A DNA stretch of 64,000 bases from Patescibacteria group bacterium (GTDB lineage: Bacteria > Patescibacteriota > Patescibacteriia > PEXW01). A model generated the notes under the pieces. It worked only from the letters and a program-made list of their open reading frames with translations, was not told the origin of the DNA and did no database searches. Location of the stretch: contig JBAYJA010000003.1 of assembly GCA_041665345.1 (NCBI GenBank), forward strand, positions 103,202 to 167,201, written 5' to 3'. Below are positions 8,574 through 19,100 of this stretch, one piece after another. The translations under genes were made by a program, and so were the position numbers. Each line of letters opens with the position of its first letter. The first letter of the stretch is position 1.

Positions 8574-8666
8574 GCAAAAAGTGTACCACACAGTGGTTTA
8601 CGTTGACTGGCTGTCAGCTCCTCGTGAGGCAGCACAAGCGCAACTTGTGCTGCGGGCAAGAGCAGC

Positions 8667-8921
8667 TTACTTCTGCATAGGCTGCATCGGCTGTGCCGCT
8701 GCGTCTTTCTTGGCAAAGGCCATAATGAGCATGTACAGTGCGCTGAGGCCAACCAAAATGTAGACAATTTTCGCTATGGTCGCATCGCTTCCAATTTCAT
8801 TGGTACCCTTAAAAATTGCACCCACGAGATCAAATTTTGCAACGCCAACCAAGCCCCAATTTAGGCCACCAATGATGAGGAGAACCATAGCGATCCAGTC
8901 GAGGACGGACATTTTTTTCAT
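8667..8921 (-). CDS. DUF378 family small membrane protein
   Basis: MKKMSVLDWIAMVLLIIGGLNWGLVG...; SD aaaggagg 8 nt upstream of the ATG at 8921 (the ORF track starts at an upstream GTG). Confidence 0.65.
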   Translation of the reverse strand: MKKMSVLDWIAMVLLIIGGLNWGLVGVAKFDLVGAIFKGTNEIGSDATIAKIVYILVGLSALYMLIMAFAKKDAAAQPMQPMQK

Positions 8922-8987
8922 ACGATCCACCTCCTTTCACTCCTTACGTTACCTTGCTGATAGTATACCGCATTTGCAAGGGGGCGA

Positions 8988-10301
8988 TTATTCGTGCCAC
9001 CCCTTCTCTTCCATGGTGTGCTTCAGGTCGCGTATCCGCTGCTCATCTTCATTGATGATTCGGTTAATGCTGTCAGCAAGTTTTTGAAAAGGCCCACCCG
9101 CTTTTACTGCAAGACGACGGTTTTCCCCAGTTTCTATGGACACTTCATGTACATTCTTTAGCTCGTCTTGCAACTCTGCAAACGGGTGGCTGATGGTTTT
9201 TCGGAAAATAAGGAAGAAAGCGAAGAGGAAGACTTGCGTGAGGAGGATATAGAAAACCGCAAATCCAACAGCGCGTGCTTGCAGTCCAGCAGCAGCAATA
9301 TCGGTTGTGGAGCCATCAAGGAAAAGCCGCAGCACGCCCAGCGTTCCTTGGCCCGAGTTGACGTGGAGGGGCATGGTTACAATCATGGCACTACCCAGAC
9401 TTTTTTCAGACTCTGGGAGGGAATTGCTGGTAGGCACATAGCGAACTGTACCAATACTCTTCAAACCTTGGGCTATATCCTCATCAATTGTCGTACGTGT
9501 ATTGACCCGATCAGCAACATCGGAACCAATGATCAAGCCGTCCGGGAGAATCACGTACACACGTTTTGTTGTCGCGGTCGTAAATTGTTCAACGAAGTTG
9601 GTAATTTCCTTTTGCCCTTCCTCGCTCTTTGGAATGAATGCCTTGGCAGTCAGGTGCATTTCTGATTGGCGGGCAATGAATTCTTGGAATACTTTGGTTT
9701 GGTTCTCAATGACAATGCTCTCCGTCCGGCCGTTCATTTGCCCAACGAACGTAGCGCCCACGACTAAGGTGGCAACGCTGCAAATGATGAAGAGTGCTTC
9801 CATCCCTGCGCCCGGGTACTGTGAGCGGGCGCGAGCGGCGCCAAAAGCCAGGCAGAGAATAGCCGCCACGCCAGTTGCACCTCGGGCAATGACCCCTCCC
9901 ACCCCCAGCGGCTGGAAAGCGGAGACAATTTGCAAGCAGAAAACCAGTGCGACAAACCCCAGGACATATGGCAGGGCGGCCGTGAGACGAGCCAAGTGCG
10001 GGTGTGCCCGAAGCTTCTTCAGCCACAGCCAGGCACTGGTGATGCAGACGAGGTTCAGGCCAAGGAGTCCAACACTCACCCACTGGACGGAGGGTTGGCT
10101 GGCAATGTTTCGCTCCACCAGCCAGATGGTGACAATGCTGGTTTGTGCGATTACCGTATTGAACACCAGGATTCGGAGCGGGCGTACAATTCTGCTCTCC
10201 GTGTACCGCCGTTGCATGAAGTACAGGAAGAAGAACGCGATGGTATTTGCAGCCAAGGCGATGCCGACGAAACCGTCTATGAGAATAGTTGGTGTGGTCA
10301 T
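8988..10301 (-). CDS. Membrane signalling protein: N-terminal multi-TM region, extracytoplasmic sensor-like domain, TM, HAMP domain; no kinase or other output domain
   Basis: Hydrophobic segments; HAMP-like AELQDELKNVHEVSIETGENRRLAVKAGGPFQKLADSINRII; the protein ends about 25 aa after the HAMP. Confidence 0.55.
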   Translation of the reverse strand: MTTPTILIDGFVGIALAANTIAFFFLYFMQRRYTESRIVRPLRILVFNTVIAQTSIVTIWLVERNIASQPSVQWVSVGLLGLNLVCITSAWLWLKKLRAHPHLARLTAALPYVLGFVALVFCLQIVSAFQPLGVGGVIARGATGVAAILCLAFGAARARSQYPGAGMEALFIICSVATLVVGATFVGQMNGRTESIVIENQTKVFQEFIARQSEMHLTAKAFIPKSEEGQKEITNFVEQFTTATTKRVYVILPDGLIIGSDVADRVNTRTTIDEDIAQGLKSIGTVRYVPTSNSLPESEKSLGSAMIVTMPLHVNSGQGTLGVLRLFLDGSTTDIAAAGLQARAVGFAVFYILLTQVFLFAFFLIFRKTISHPFAELQDELKNVHEVSIETGENRRLAVKAGGPFQKLADSINRIINEDEQRIRDLKHTMEEKGWHE

Positions 10302-10304
10302 ACC

Positions 10305-10754
10305 TTACGAGGTCGTTTGTGGACGGCCCTGGGCGTCAATGTGTAAAACTTCAATAAGTTGGGGATTGAGGACGTGTTCCGAGGGTTTTCCGGCGAGCAC
10401 GTCCCGGGTTTTTTGCACCAGTTGTTCGGGTGTTAAATCAGCTTTCACGACAATGTCTTTGGCGCCATACCAAAGCGCCTTTTGAATGGTCGCAGGATCG
10501 CTGAGGTTGGAGACGATGAGAACGGGAATGGCGCTCGTCCGTCGGTCGGACATGAGCGCGCGGGTCGCATCGAAACCATCAACTTTTGGCATGATGAGGT
10601 CCATGAGAATGATGTCTGGCTTCACCTTCTCTGCGACTGCCACAGCATCGGTGGCGTCAGACTTCACGGTAACCACAAATTTCGCTCGAGAGAATTTTTG
10701 TTGGTACATTGGCTGGAGCAGCTGATCGTCTTCAAAAATCAGGACGTGTGGCAT
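10305..10754 (-). CDS. Stand-alone response-regulator receiver protein
   Basis: MPHVLIFEDD...PDIILMDLIMPKVDGFD...IPVLIVSNLSD; start taken at the internal Met to avoid overlap with the upstream receiver gene. Confidence 0.7.
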   Translation of the reverse strand: MPHVLIFEDDQLLQPMYQQKFSRAKFVVTVKSDATDAVAVAEKVKPDIILMDLIMPKVDGFDATRALMSDRRTSAIPVLIVSNLSDPATIQKALWYGAKDIVVKADLTPEQLVQKTRDVLAGKPSEHVLNPQLIEVLHIDAQGRPQTTS

Positions 10755-10755
10755 A

Positions 10756-11163
10756 CTAGCGACGTTGCAGGATGGTACGCGCCTGGTTGATAATGTCTGC
10801 GACTGAGCTTTTATGCTTGACGATGAAGCACTCAACGCCAAGTTCTGCACATTTCTCTCGTTCAATATTGCTATCTAAGTGGGAGACAATCATCACCGGG
10901 ATGGAGAAGGTTGTCTTTCCTGCCCGTAGTTTCTCGAGGAGTTCTCGGCCACCAAGTTTTGGCATGATGAGGTCAAGGATCATGAGGTTTGGTTTCTGGC
11001 GCTGTGCCAATTGCAGCCCCTCTTCGCCGTTTGAGGCGACTTCCACGTTGTACCCAAGTGCTGTCAGTTCCTTCTTGAAGAGATTAGAAACCGGAGCGTC
11101 GTCGTCGACGACAATGATTCGTTGTGGTCGAGGTTGCTTGGTAGTTGGGGTAGAAAGCGCCAT
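10756..11163 (-). CDS. Stand-alone response-regulator receiver protein (CheY-like)
   Basis: RIIVVDDDAP...PNLMILDLIMPKLGGRELLEKLR...IPVMIVSHLD. Confidence 0.8.
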   Translation of the reverse strand: MALSTPTTKQPRPQRIIVVDDDAPVSNLFKKELTALGYNVEVASNGEEGLQLAQRQKPNLMILDLIMPKLGGRELLEKLRAGKTTFSIPVMIVSHLDSNIEREKCAELGVECFIVKHKSSVADIINQARTILQRR

Positions 11164-11174
11164 ACGCGTTTCAG

Positions 11175-12434
11175 TTACTCGTAGCGAAGTGCATCGAGCG
11201 CGTTGATTTTTGCAGCGCGACGCGCAGGATAGAGTCCGGTGATCAAACCCACGAGAATGATGATGCCGGCGATAATGAGCAGGAAGATGAAGGGAATGGT
11301 GAACAGGTCTACGGCTTGCCCACCCAAGCGCGCAGCCAGTCGGTTGATGATGTAGTTCACTAGTTCGCCAAAGGCAGTACCAACGATGAGTCCGGAAATG
11401 CCACCCAAGACACCAATGAGCAAGGCTTCGGAAAGGAAGAGGATGTAAATGTGTCGGCTGGTGGTGCCCAAGGACTTCATAATGCCCACCTCGCGCGTGC
11501 GTTCCAGCAAGGACACCGTCAGGGTGTTGAAGGCGCCCAATGAGGCAATGAGCATGGCGATGAGGCCGAAGATGAACATGACAATCTGGAAGATGAAGAA
11601 AATGCGGTCAATTTGCCCAACCGTATCTGCCACGGAGTCTACTTGGTACCCCTGCGCTTCAATAGCCGTTCTGGCCGCAGCAAGATTTTCTCGGGTATCC
11701 AGTTTGACCCGGGCTAAGTTGAAATTGGTTATGCCTGCATCGGTAAAAATTTTCAGCGGCATGTAGGCTAAACTATTATCACTCGGCACAATACCAACAA
11801 TTTTTACCTCCACATCTTTCGTCTTAATAGAACTCGTGCTGGTGTTCGTGTTGCCATTAGTATTTGCCGTGGAAGCATTTGTGTTGACCAGGGATCGTTC
11901 TTGTTCCACCGGACCGGTGTCGGGAAGGACAATACGCATCGTCACCTTTTGCCCCAGGAGGTCTTGCGGCACTTTTGCACCTAAGAGTTCTGCGGCGGTT
12001 GCGCTCACAATCGCACTCTGCTCATCGTCTGATGTGTAGGTTGTGCCAAAGTTGGTGACGACACCTTCGATGGTTAGGTACTGTGCCTGCACGCCGTAGA
12101 GCGCAATGTCCGTCACTGATTCGCCGCGCACCACTTGTCCTGATTGAGAGATTGAGGAGCTGACGCTAATGACGTTTGGCAATGCACGGAATTTTTTCAG
12201 TGATTCCTCATTAATTTTTAAGATGGTTGAAGCACCGACGCTGACATCAAGTACGGTAATGGCCGCGACGTTCGTGACACGGCTCACAATGAGCGCTTGC
12301 AAGCCAAAGCCTAAGCTTACTAAAAAGACGATGGCGCCAATGCCAATGGCCATGCCGCCGATGGTCAGGAATGACCGGAGCTTCCGCATGCGGAGGCTGG
12401 AGGCAGCTAAGTAAATGATGTAGCCGAATTTCAT
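11175..12434 (-). CDS. ABC transporter permease, FtsX/MacB family
   Basis: N-terminal TM, large periplasmic domain, C-terminal FtsX-like 3-TM bundle. Confidence 0.75.
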   Translation of the reverse strand: MKFGYIIYLAASSLRMRKLRSFLTIGGMAIGIGAIVFLVSLGFGLQALIVSRVTNVAAITVLDVSVGASTILKINEESLKKFRALPNVISVSSSISQSGQVVRGESVTDIALYGVQAQYLTIEGVVTNFGTTYTSDDEQSAIVSATAAELLGAKVPQDLLGQKVTMRIVLPDTGPVEQERSLVNTNASTANTNGNTNTSTSSIKTKDVEVKIVGIVPSDNSLAYMPLKIFTDAGITNFNLARVKLDTRENLAAARTAIEAQGYQVDSVADTVGQIDRIFFIFQIVMFIFGLIAMLIASLGAFNTLTVSLLERTREVGIMKSLGTTSRHIYILFLSEALLIGVLGGISGLIVGTAFGELVNYIINRLAARLGGQAVDLFTIPFIFLLIIAGIIILVGLITGLYPARRAAKINALDALRYE

Positions 12435-12439
12435 AGGGC

Positions 12440-13141
12440 TTAGCTCAGGAACGTACCGGTGCCAGAGAGGATTTTCCCATCGCGCACGTAAATGGTTTGG
12501 GAAGCGTAGTGCACGTACTCCATGTTGTGGGTGACCATGATAATGGTCAATTTCTTTTCTTCATTTAGTTGTTTAAAGGTTTGCATCACTTTTTCCGCAG
12601 ACTCCGTATCCAGGTTGCCGGTTGGTTCATCGGCGACGAGGATCGAAGGGTCATTCACCAATGCACGGGCGAGCTGGACTTTCTGCTGCTGACCACCAGA
12701 GAGTTCGGAGGGAATAAATTTTGCCCGCTGATCCATGTCAAACTTTTTGAGCAGCGCCATGGCGCGTGCTTCCCGTTCACTCCGTTTCACGCCCATGATT
12801 GCTAAGGGGAAGGCGACGTTGTCCAGCACCGTGAGCGAGCGAATCCAGTCTGACTTCTGGTACACAATCCCAATGCGGTGCAAGCGAAAGCGCGCCAGGT
12901 CGTCTGGTTTTTTCAGATCCAAGCGTTCACCCGCGATGGTCACCTGTCCACTCGTGGGATGCTCCAAGCCCAGGAGGGTATGCAACAGGGTAGACTTCCC
13001 ACTGCCAGACGGGCCCAGGAGAATCACAAATTGCTCCGGCATAATTTCCAGCGACACATCTTTGAGAATACGCACGGGCTCTTTGCCCAAGCGGAATTCT
13101 TTAATGACATTTTTGACCGTGATGAGCGGCTTTGTGGCCAT
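12440..13141 (-). CDS. ABC transporter ATP-binding protein (MacB/LolD-type)
   Basis: Walker A GPSGSGKST, signature LSGGQQQKVQLARAL, Walker B ILVADEPTGNLD. Confidence 0.85.
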   Translation of the reverse strand: MATKPLITVKNVIKEFRLGKEPVRILKDVSLEIMPEQFVILLGPSGSGKSTLLHTLLGLEHPTSGQVTIAGERLDLKKPDDLARFRLHRIGIVYQKSDWIRSLTVLDNVAFPLAIMGVKRSEREARAMALLKKFDMDQRAKFIPSELSGGQQQKVQLARALVNDPSILVADEPTGNLDTESAEKVMQTFKQLNEEKKLTIIMVTHNMEYVHYASQTIYVRDGKILSGTGTFLS

Positions 13142-13164
13142 AGTACTAGTGTAGCAGGCGTTCC

Positions 13165-16100
13165 CTATCCACCGAAGAGGTTCCCAACGCCTCCAAGCCA
13201 GGAGAAGGTGTCTTCCAAGTTGCCAATGACGATTTGCAGGAAGGATTGGCGAGCACGACTGGTGAGAATGCTGTAGCCTTGGGATTTGGATTCATTTCCT
13301 GCTTTATCTTTTGAAACCACCCGGAAGTGGTAGGTCTTGGCTGGCGTGAGGCCACCAATGACCACTAGGTGGTCGCGGACGCGCTCGGCATTTTCATCGG
13401 TCTCTGCGCTGTAGCTGGAACCAGAGAGGCCTTCACCGTACTGCACCTGTGAGCTGGTGGGCTCATTGGTCTTCCAAGAGACGATAATTTGGATTTTTGC
13501 CGCGTCACCAGAGCCCACGGTATTGGACTCAGATTTCACTTCGCTGATAACAGGCGGCGTGGTGTCTTCCAAGGTGCGGAACTTGTTTTCGCCAGAGACG
13601 GCTTCGTAGCCAAACTGGTCGCGACCACGGACTTTGAACTTGTACTCCGTGGCGTCTTCCAGACCGAAGACCAGAATGCTATGCTCCCGAACCAGCGAGC
13701 TGTTGCCCTGGGTTTTTGGAGCAGCATTCTCATTGTAGTACTCCACTTCTGAGGTCGTCTGCACGTTTGTGGTCCACTTCACTTCTGTCTGCCCCTCTGC
13801 TTTGTTCTCCGCCGAGACCGTCAAAATCTTTGGGAAGGTGAGGGTCGTGAAGTTGTAGTCGTCCGATGCGATTGGGTTATCGGCTCGGTCCACACCTTCC
13901 AGGCGGAAGTGGTAGGTGGTGGAGTCTTTTAAGTTTTCCAATTTTACAGTATGCGTACTGCTGAAGCCGCTAGCGGCGGTGTAGGTGAAGCCGTAGTCTG
14001 TCGTTGGGCCGTACTGGATAATTGCCGTTGCTTCTTTGGTTGATGTCCAGGAAATGATGGCATCGTTTAACCGGATGTCGGTAATTTTCACATTCTCCAC
14101 GCGGGGCGCTTCCAGGGTGGTGAATTGGCCAATGCTGGAGTAGGCAATGTTCTCATCAATGTCAATGCTCTTCACCCGGAAGAAGTATGTGGTTTTTGGT
14201 TGCAAGCCCGTTACCCGGACTTCATGCGCGTCAATCTGGGTTGCCGTGCCCTGCTCTTTGGAGAGCGCGTCAACCGTCGTTCCAAACTCAACGAAGGACG
14301 AGGCAGTACGTTCGGTGCGCCAGGTCACGACCGCAGCAAAAGAGTCTGGAGCGACTATTGGCCCCTCCACAATTGGTGGCGGGCTAGTGAACCGACCTTC
14401 GGGCTGCTCGGCTACGATGCTGGAATTTCCAGAGAGTGCGCCGCCAGTGCCAACCGCGCGGAGGAAGTACGCGTACACTTTGGTGCTGTCCAAACCAAGG
14501 TCCAGGTAGCCCAGCGTTTTGTTGGTTGCAATGCGGCTGTAATTCGTGGGTGGTTCATCGGTTGTGGATGGGCCATCACAATTCGTTGCAGTTGCTGACT
14601 CTTTGGTACAGCGGTAGATGGCGTACTGCTCCACGCCTGAGCCCTTGTCTGTGGGTTCGTCCCAGGTGAGGGTTACGGAGTACCGTTTGGTGGAGCGATC
14701 AGAAGAGTCAATGGCTTGCACGCTGCCCGGCGCACCGGGTGCCGTGGAGGTAAAAGTGAAGTCCACTGATGCGACGGCTGTGTAGTCAATATTTCCAATT
14801 GCATCGGCGGCAATCAGGTAGAACGTGTTCGTTCCTTGCTTGGTCGCAGCCGAGAAGGCGGCCAGGCTTCGGTCCGCGGTTTGCGTGGTGGTGGTCCAGC
14901 CACCATCTGGGCTGGGGGTGGCGCTGCCGGCGGTGTTGTAGCCACACGTATCTGCTGATGGCAGTTCATTCAAGGTGTAGCAGTACCGGAGTATGTCCGC
15001 CGCATCGCACGGCGTCTGCCCCAGACAGCTACTGGGCAAGCCCCAGGAGAAGGAGAAGGTATTATTATCCGTTTGGCTCGTGGGAGTCACCACCAAGCCC
15101 TGCGGTGCTGCCGGCGTGTTCCCAGAGAAGTAGTAGTTCACTGGTGCGTAGGCAGAGGAGTAGTTTCCTGCTAGGTCACGGCTCCGCACTTTGAAGACGT
15201 TGGCTCGCGCTTGGTAGGCTTGGATGTTTGCAATGGAGAGGGTGGCTGCGCTAACGCAGGTTTCGGTCGCACCAGGACCTTCGGTGGTGTAGCAGTACTG
15301 GTTGATGCCCGAGCCGCCGGTATCGCTCCCCGCAGTCCAGGTAAAGCCAAAACTATTCAGTGACGAGTACCCAGCCGGGGTAGCCACAATGCTCCCTGGC
15401 GCGCTGGGGTTTGCCACGTCTACTTGGAAGGTGAAGCCCGTCACTGCCGCGTCGGTCACGTTGGCATTGCGATCCCGGGACATGATTTTCAAGTAGTACG
15501 TGCCGGAGGTGAGCGCGGTGGAACTTTGCGACGCCGCATTCCAGCTACCGGTCACGCCGTCACCTGCAACTGCGTAGTAGTGTGAGCCACTGACGTGCGC
15601 CAGGTTACTGGCGTTGCACGCCGCACCAGACGGATCCGTGCAGCTGTTGTCTGTCCCAAAGTAGACGTAGAAGCCTTCCAAACCAATGCCACCAGCATTG
15701 TCACTCCCCGTCCACTCGAAGTAGGGTGTAGCATCATTGGTCCAGTCACCTGGGTTGATGCTGACGGTCTTCCCATTATCGGTGTACGCTCCGGCACTCA
15801 CTGGGTTCGTGGGGTCAGTGCCGTCGGTGTAGGATGACCAGGTGACGTCGTAGATAGTTGGCGTTGCTACTTGATCTGAACGGAACGTGATGCGCGCTTG
15901 GCCGTACCGTGCCAGCGTGGACGCCACCGTGGACGTTTTTACAGTTCCCACTGGATGGGTGTTTGTCACCGCAGTCCACGAGCCCCAGTGACTATCCGTG
16001 GCGCTGGCTGCGCAACCCGCGTCGCTGCACGTTCGGGTTTCCACGGTCATGGTTGTGTTCGTCGCTTCAGCCGCATTCACCGCAATGCCACCGAAGCCGT

Positions 16101-19100
16101 ACAGCCCTGCCCCAAAGTCCAGAATTTCTGAGGTCCACTGGCCAAAGTCTTCGTAGCCCGTGCTCGCAGTAGCTACAATGTAGCGGTCAATGGCTGACGT
16201 GCTGGTGCCGCGGTTTCCCAGAATCACGTTGTTCGTGGTCATGACTAATTGGCCATTGGTGTACGTCTGTGGCACTGCTCGAGTGGTCCATACCCCGTTC
16301 GAATCGCCGTCTGGGTCTAAGACGTACATGTTCGTGTTCGTGGTACCTTGTGGTACGAGGATGTTTCCCTGTCCATCTGCCACGCATGCATCAGCACCCA
16401 CAAGGACAGCTGGGGCGCTCTCCACTGTTGCAGCGGCATCCCACGTTTCCGTACCAATATTGAAGCGGTATATATTTGCCTGACTATTGGCACGTGTAAG
16501 GTAGATGTAGTCCGTTCCACTCACGTTGATGCGTACGGCACATGAACCGCTCCCGTTGAGGACGGGAATGGTGGAGGCCACCGTCGACCACGTGTTTGTG
16601 GAGATGACGTATTTGTAGTACGCCGTCGTGCCACCCTGAGCCGTGTAGATGGTGTTTGTGCCGTCCCACACCAAGTCTGCGCCCGCAGTTGGTTCACCCG
16701 GTGTGTTTGCTAAACGGGTCCACACATCGGTCGTTGGGTTGTATCGGTAGAAGAAACCAACGTTGTCACCTTGCGCTTCGTTTCCTGTCAGTACGTACAC
16801 ACCATCGTAGGAATCTGTACCGTGGTTGACGTACTCCGCATCGGCACCCGTGGAGAGTGTGTGCGGAACGTCTGCTTTGCGGAGCCAGGCATTCGTGGTT
16901 GGATTCAGCTGCCACCAGTCACTAAAGGTAACGCCCCGACCAGCGTAGACGTATCCAGTCTGCGTATCATAGGCCATTGTGCCTGTGCTAAAGCCAGCGG
17001 TGGAGAAGCCATGTGGGATAGCTGTGCCTTTCCAAAGGTTCCGCGTAATGTCAAAGGCTAGAACCGTAGCTTCAACGTTGTACCCACGGAGCGAGTACAA
17101 GGTGTTTGTGGCGGTATCGTAGGCCAAACCTTGTTCGCTCCCTTGACCTTTGATCGTTGGCAACGTTGGCATGCTTGTCCAGGTGCTGGTGCTCAGGTCA
17201 AAGCGGTAGAAACCATTACTTGCCGTACCTCGGATAAGGTAGAGGTAGGAGCCCACTCGACGAATAGCCGCGCCGTCACCTGTCCATACTGGGATGTTCG
17301 TGGTGTACGACCAGGTGACAGCTCCACTGGAGGCGATAGTACCTTTCCAGAAGTGGGACGTGTTGTTTCCACGGGTGGCGTACACGCAGCCACCGGCTGC
17401 AGTGCAGGCGCCGATGTTCGTTGGAACGTAGGATAACGCGCCGCCCAGGCCAACTGTTTGGTCCACGTCAGAGCGTTGCGTCCACACTCCTGTTCCCAAG
17501 TTGTAACTGTAGAATCGGGTGCTGGGCGCCGTGCTGCCACCCAGGAAGTAAATCGTATCCGACCCATTGTACGCCAGCGATGCGCCATTCGCGGCAGTGA
17601 GTGGAAGTACAGTAAGTGACCCAGCGCCAGGTGAGGCGGCGGTCCAGGTATTGGCGGTAATGTCGTACCGTCGCCACTCCGTCGTCGTCGCGCCACGGGT
17701 GGCAAACACGCAGCCACTTGCGTCAGCGCAACCGGTTGCTCCGCTGGAGACGAACACCGCGCTCGCACCCGTGTTCACGGCGGCACCATAGTTTGTTTTT
17801 GCGGTGATGACCTTGGTGTTGATGTTGTAGTGGTAGAAGGTTTGCTGCCCAGCTCCACGGAGAATGTACAGGCTGCCATTTCCATCACCCACAATTGCCG
17901 CACCGTTGCTGACTGCAGCTGGGAGCGGTGCCTCACTGGACCAGGCGCCGTTACTCACTGCTGAGAGCTGCAAGGCTGTGCCGCTGCTTGCATTGGTGTT
18001 CACATCCGTTGCCGTGGTGCCGGTGTAGGCGAAGTCAGCTTGGCTGCTCCACTGCCGGGTTGCGGCTGGGCTAATACCCGTGTAGGTGTAGAGGAAGAGG
18101 TTCGCAGCACTACTCACATTTCCAGCCACATCCTTGGTAGCAACGCGCAAACAGTACTGTGTCCCATTGACCACGCTACTGTTCACCGTATAGGTTGTGC
18201 CGGTTTGAAAGTAGTCTTCGCTGGTAGAAGGATTGAATGTGCTGCAGCTTGCGCCGCTAGTCCAGGCGACGTAGTAACCAGAAATTGGTGACTCAGTCTG
18301 TGCGGGTGGAGTGAATTCAAAGTATGGGTTGGTGGCAAACGTCGTGGCAGGCGTAGCTAAGGTTGTGGTCTTTGCGCTGGAGGTCCAAGCGCTCACTGTT
18401 GGGTTTGCAGGCGCCGTGCTGTCTTTCTCGTAGGTGATAGTGAAGTCATCCAGCACGGGTGCGTCATCCCCAGCGGCAGAGTTCAGCTGCGCTTTCACCT
18501 GGATGTAGCGATTAGCAGCCGAGGCAATGGTCGTGCCGCTCACGCTCGCCCAGGCGCTCCAGCTGGCGCCGTCGTCGGACGACCGGGTTGAGAAATCTAT
18601 AGTATTACCATTCAACGTGGCGTTGCTGGTCAGTGACGTGAAGGAGCTGACGTAGTGCAGATCCATGGGCGCGGAGACCCAGGTGGCGGCGGGGATGTAC
18701 GCATCCGTTTCAAAATTGAATTTGTGAATGCCGTTGAAGTTTTCACCGCGCATGAGGTACATGGTTCCCGCCGCGTTCCCATGCGTTACCCCATGGGAGC
18801 GACCCAGCCGAACCGGCGCATCCGCAGCACGTGACCAGGAGTTACCGCTCATGTCGTAGCGCCAGACTTCTTTACTCATCTTCCCAGGGAAGACGTAGAG
18901 GTTATCTGTTCGGTCGTACACCATGGTATTGGTGTACTGTGCCCCGGCAACGTTTGTGCCTGGCGCTGTCGGCATGTTGGTTAACTCGTCCCACGTGTCG
19001 CCGGCAATGTTGAATTTCAACAAGACGCCGCGGCCATTGCCAATGAGCGCGTACACATCTGTGGCGTCGGCCACGTCGGTCCGATTGCTTGCCAACGCAG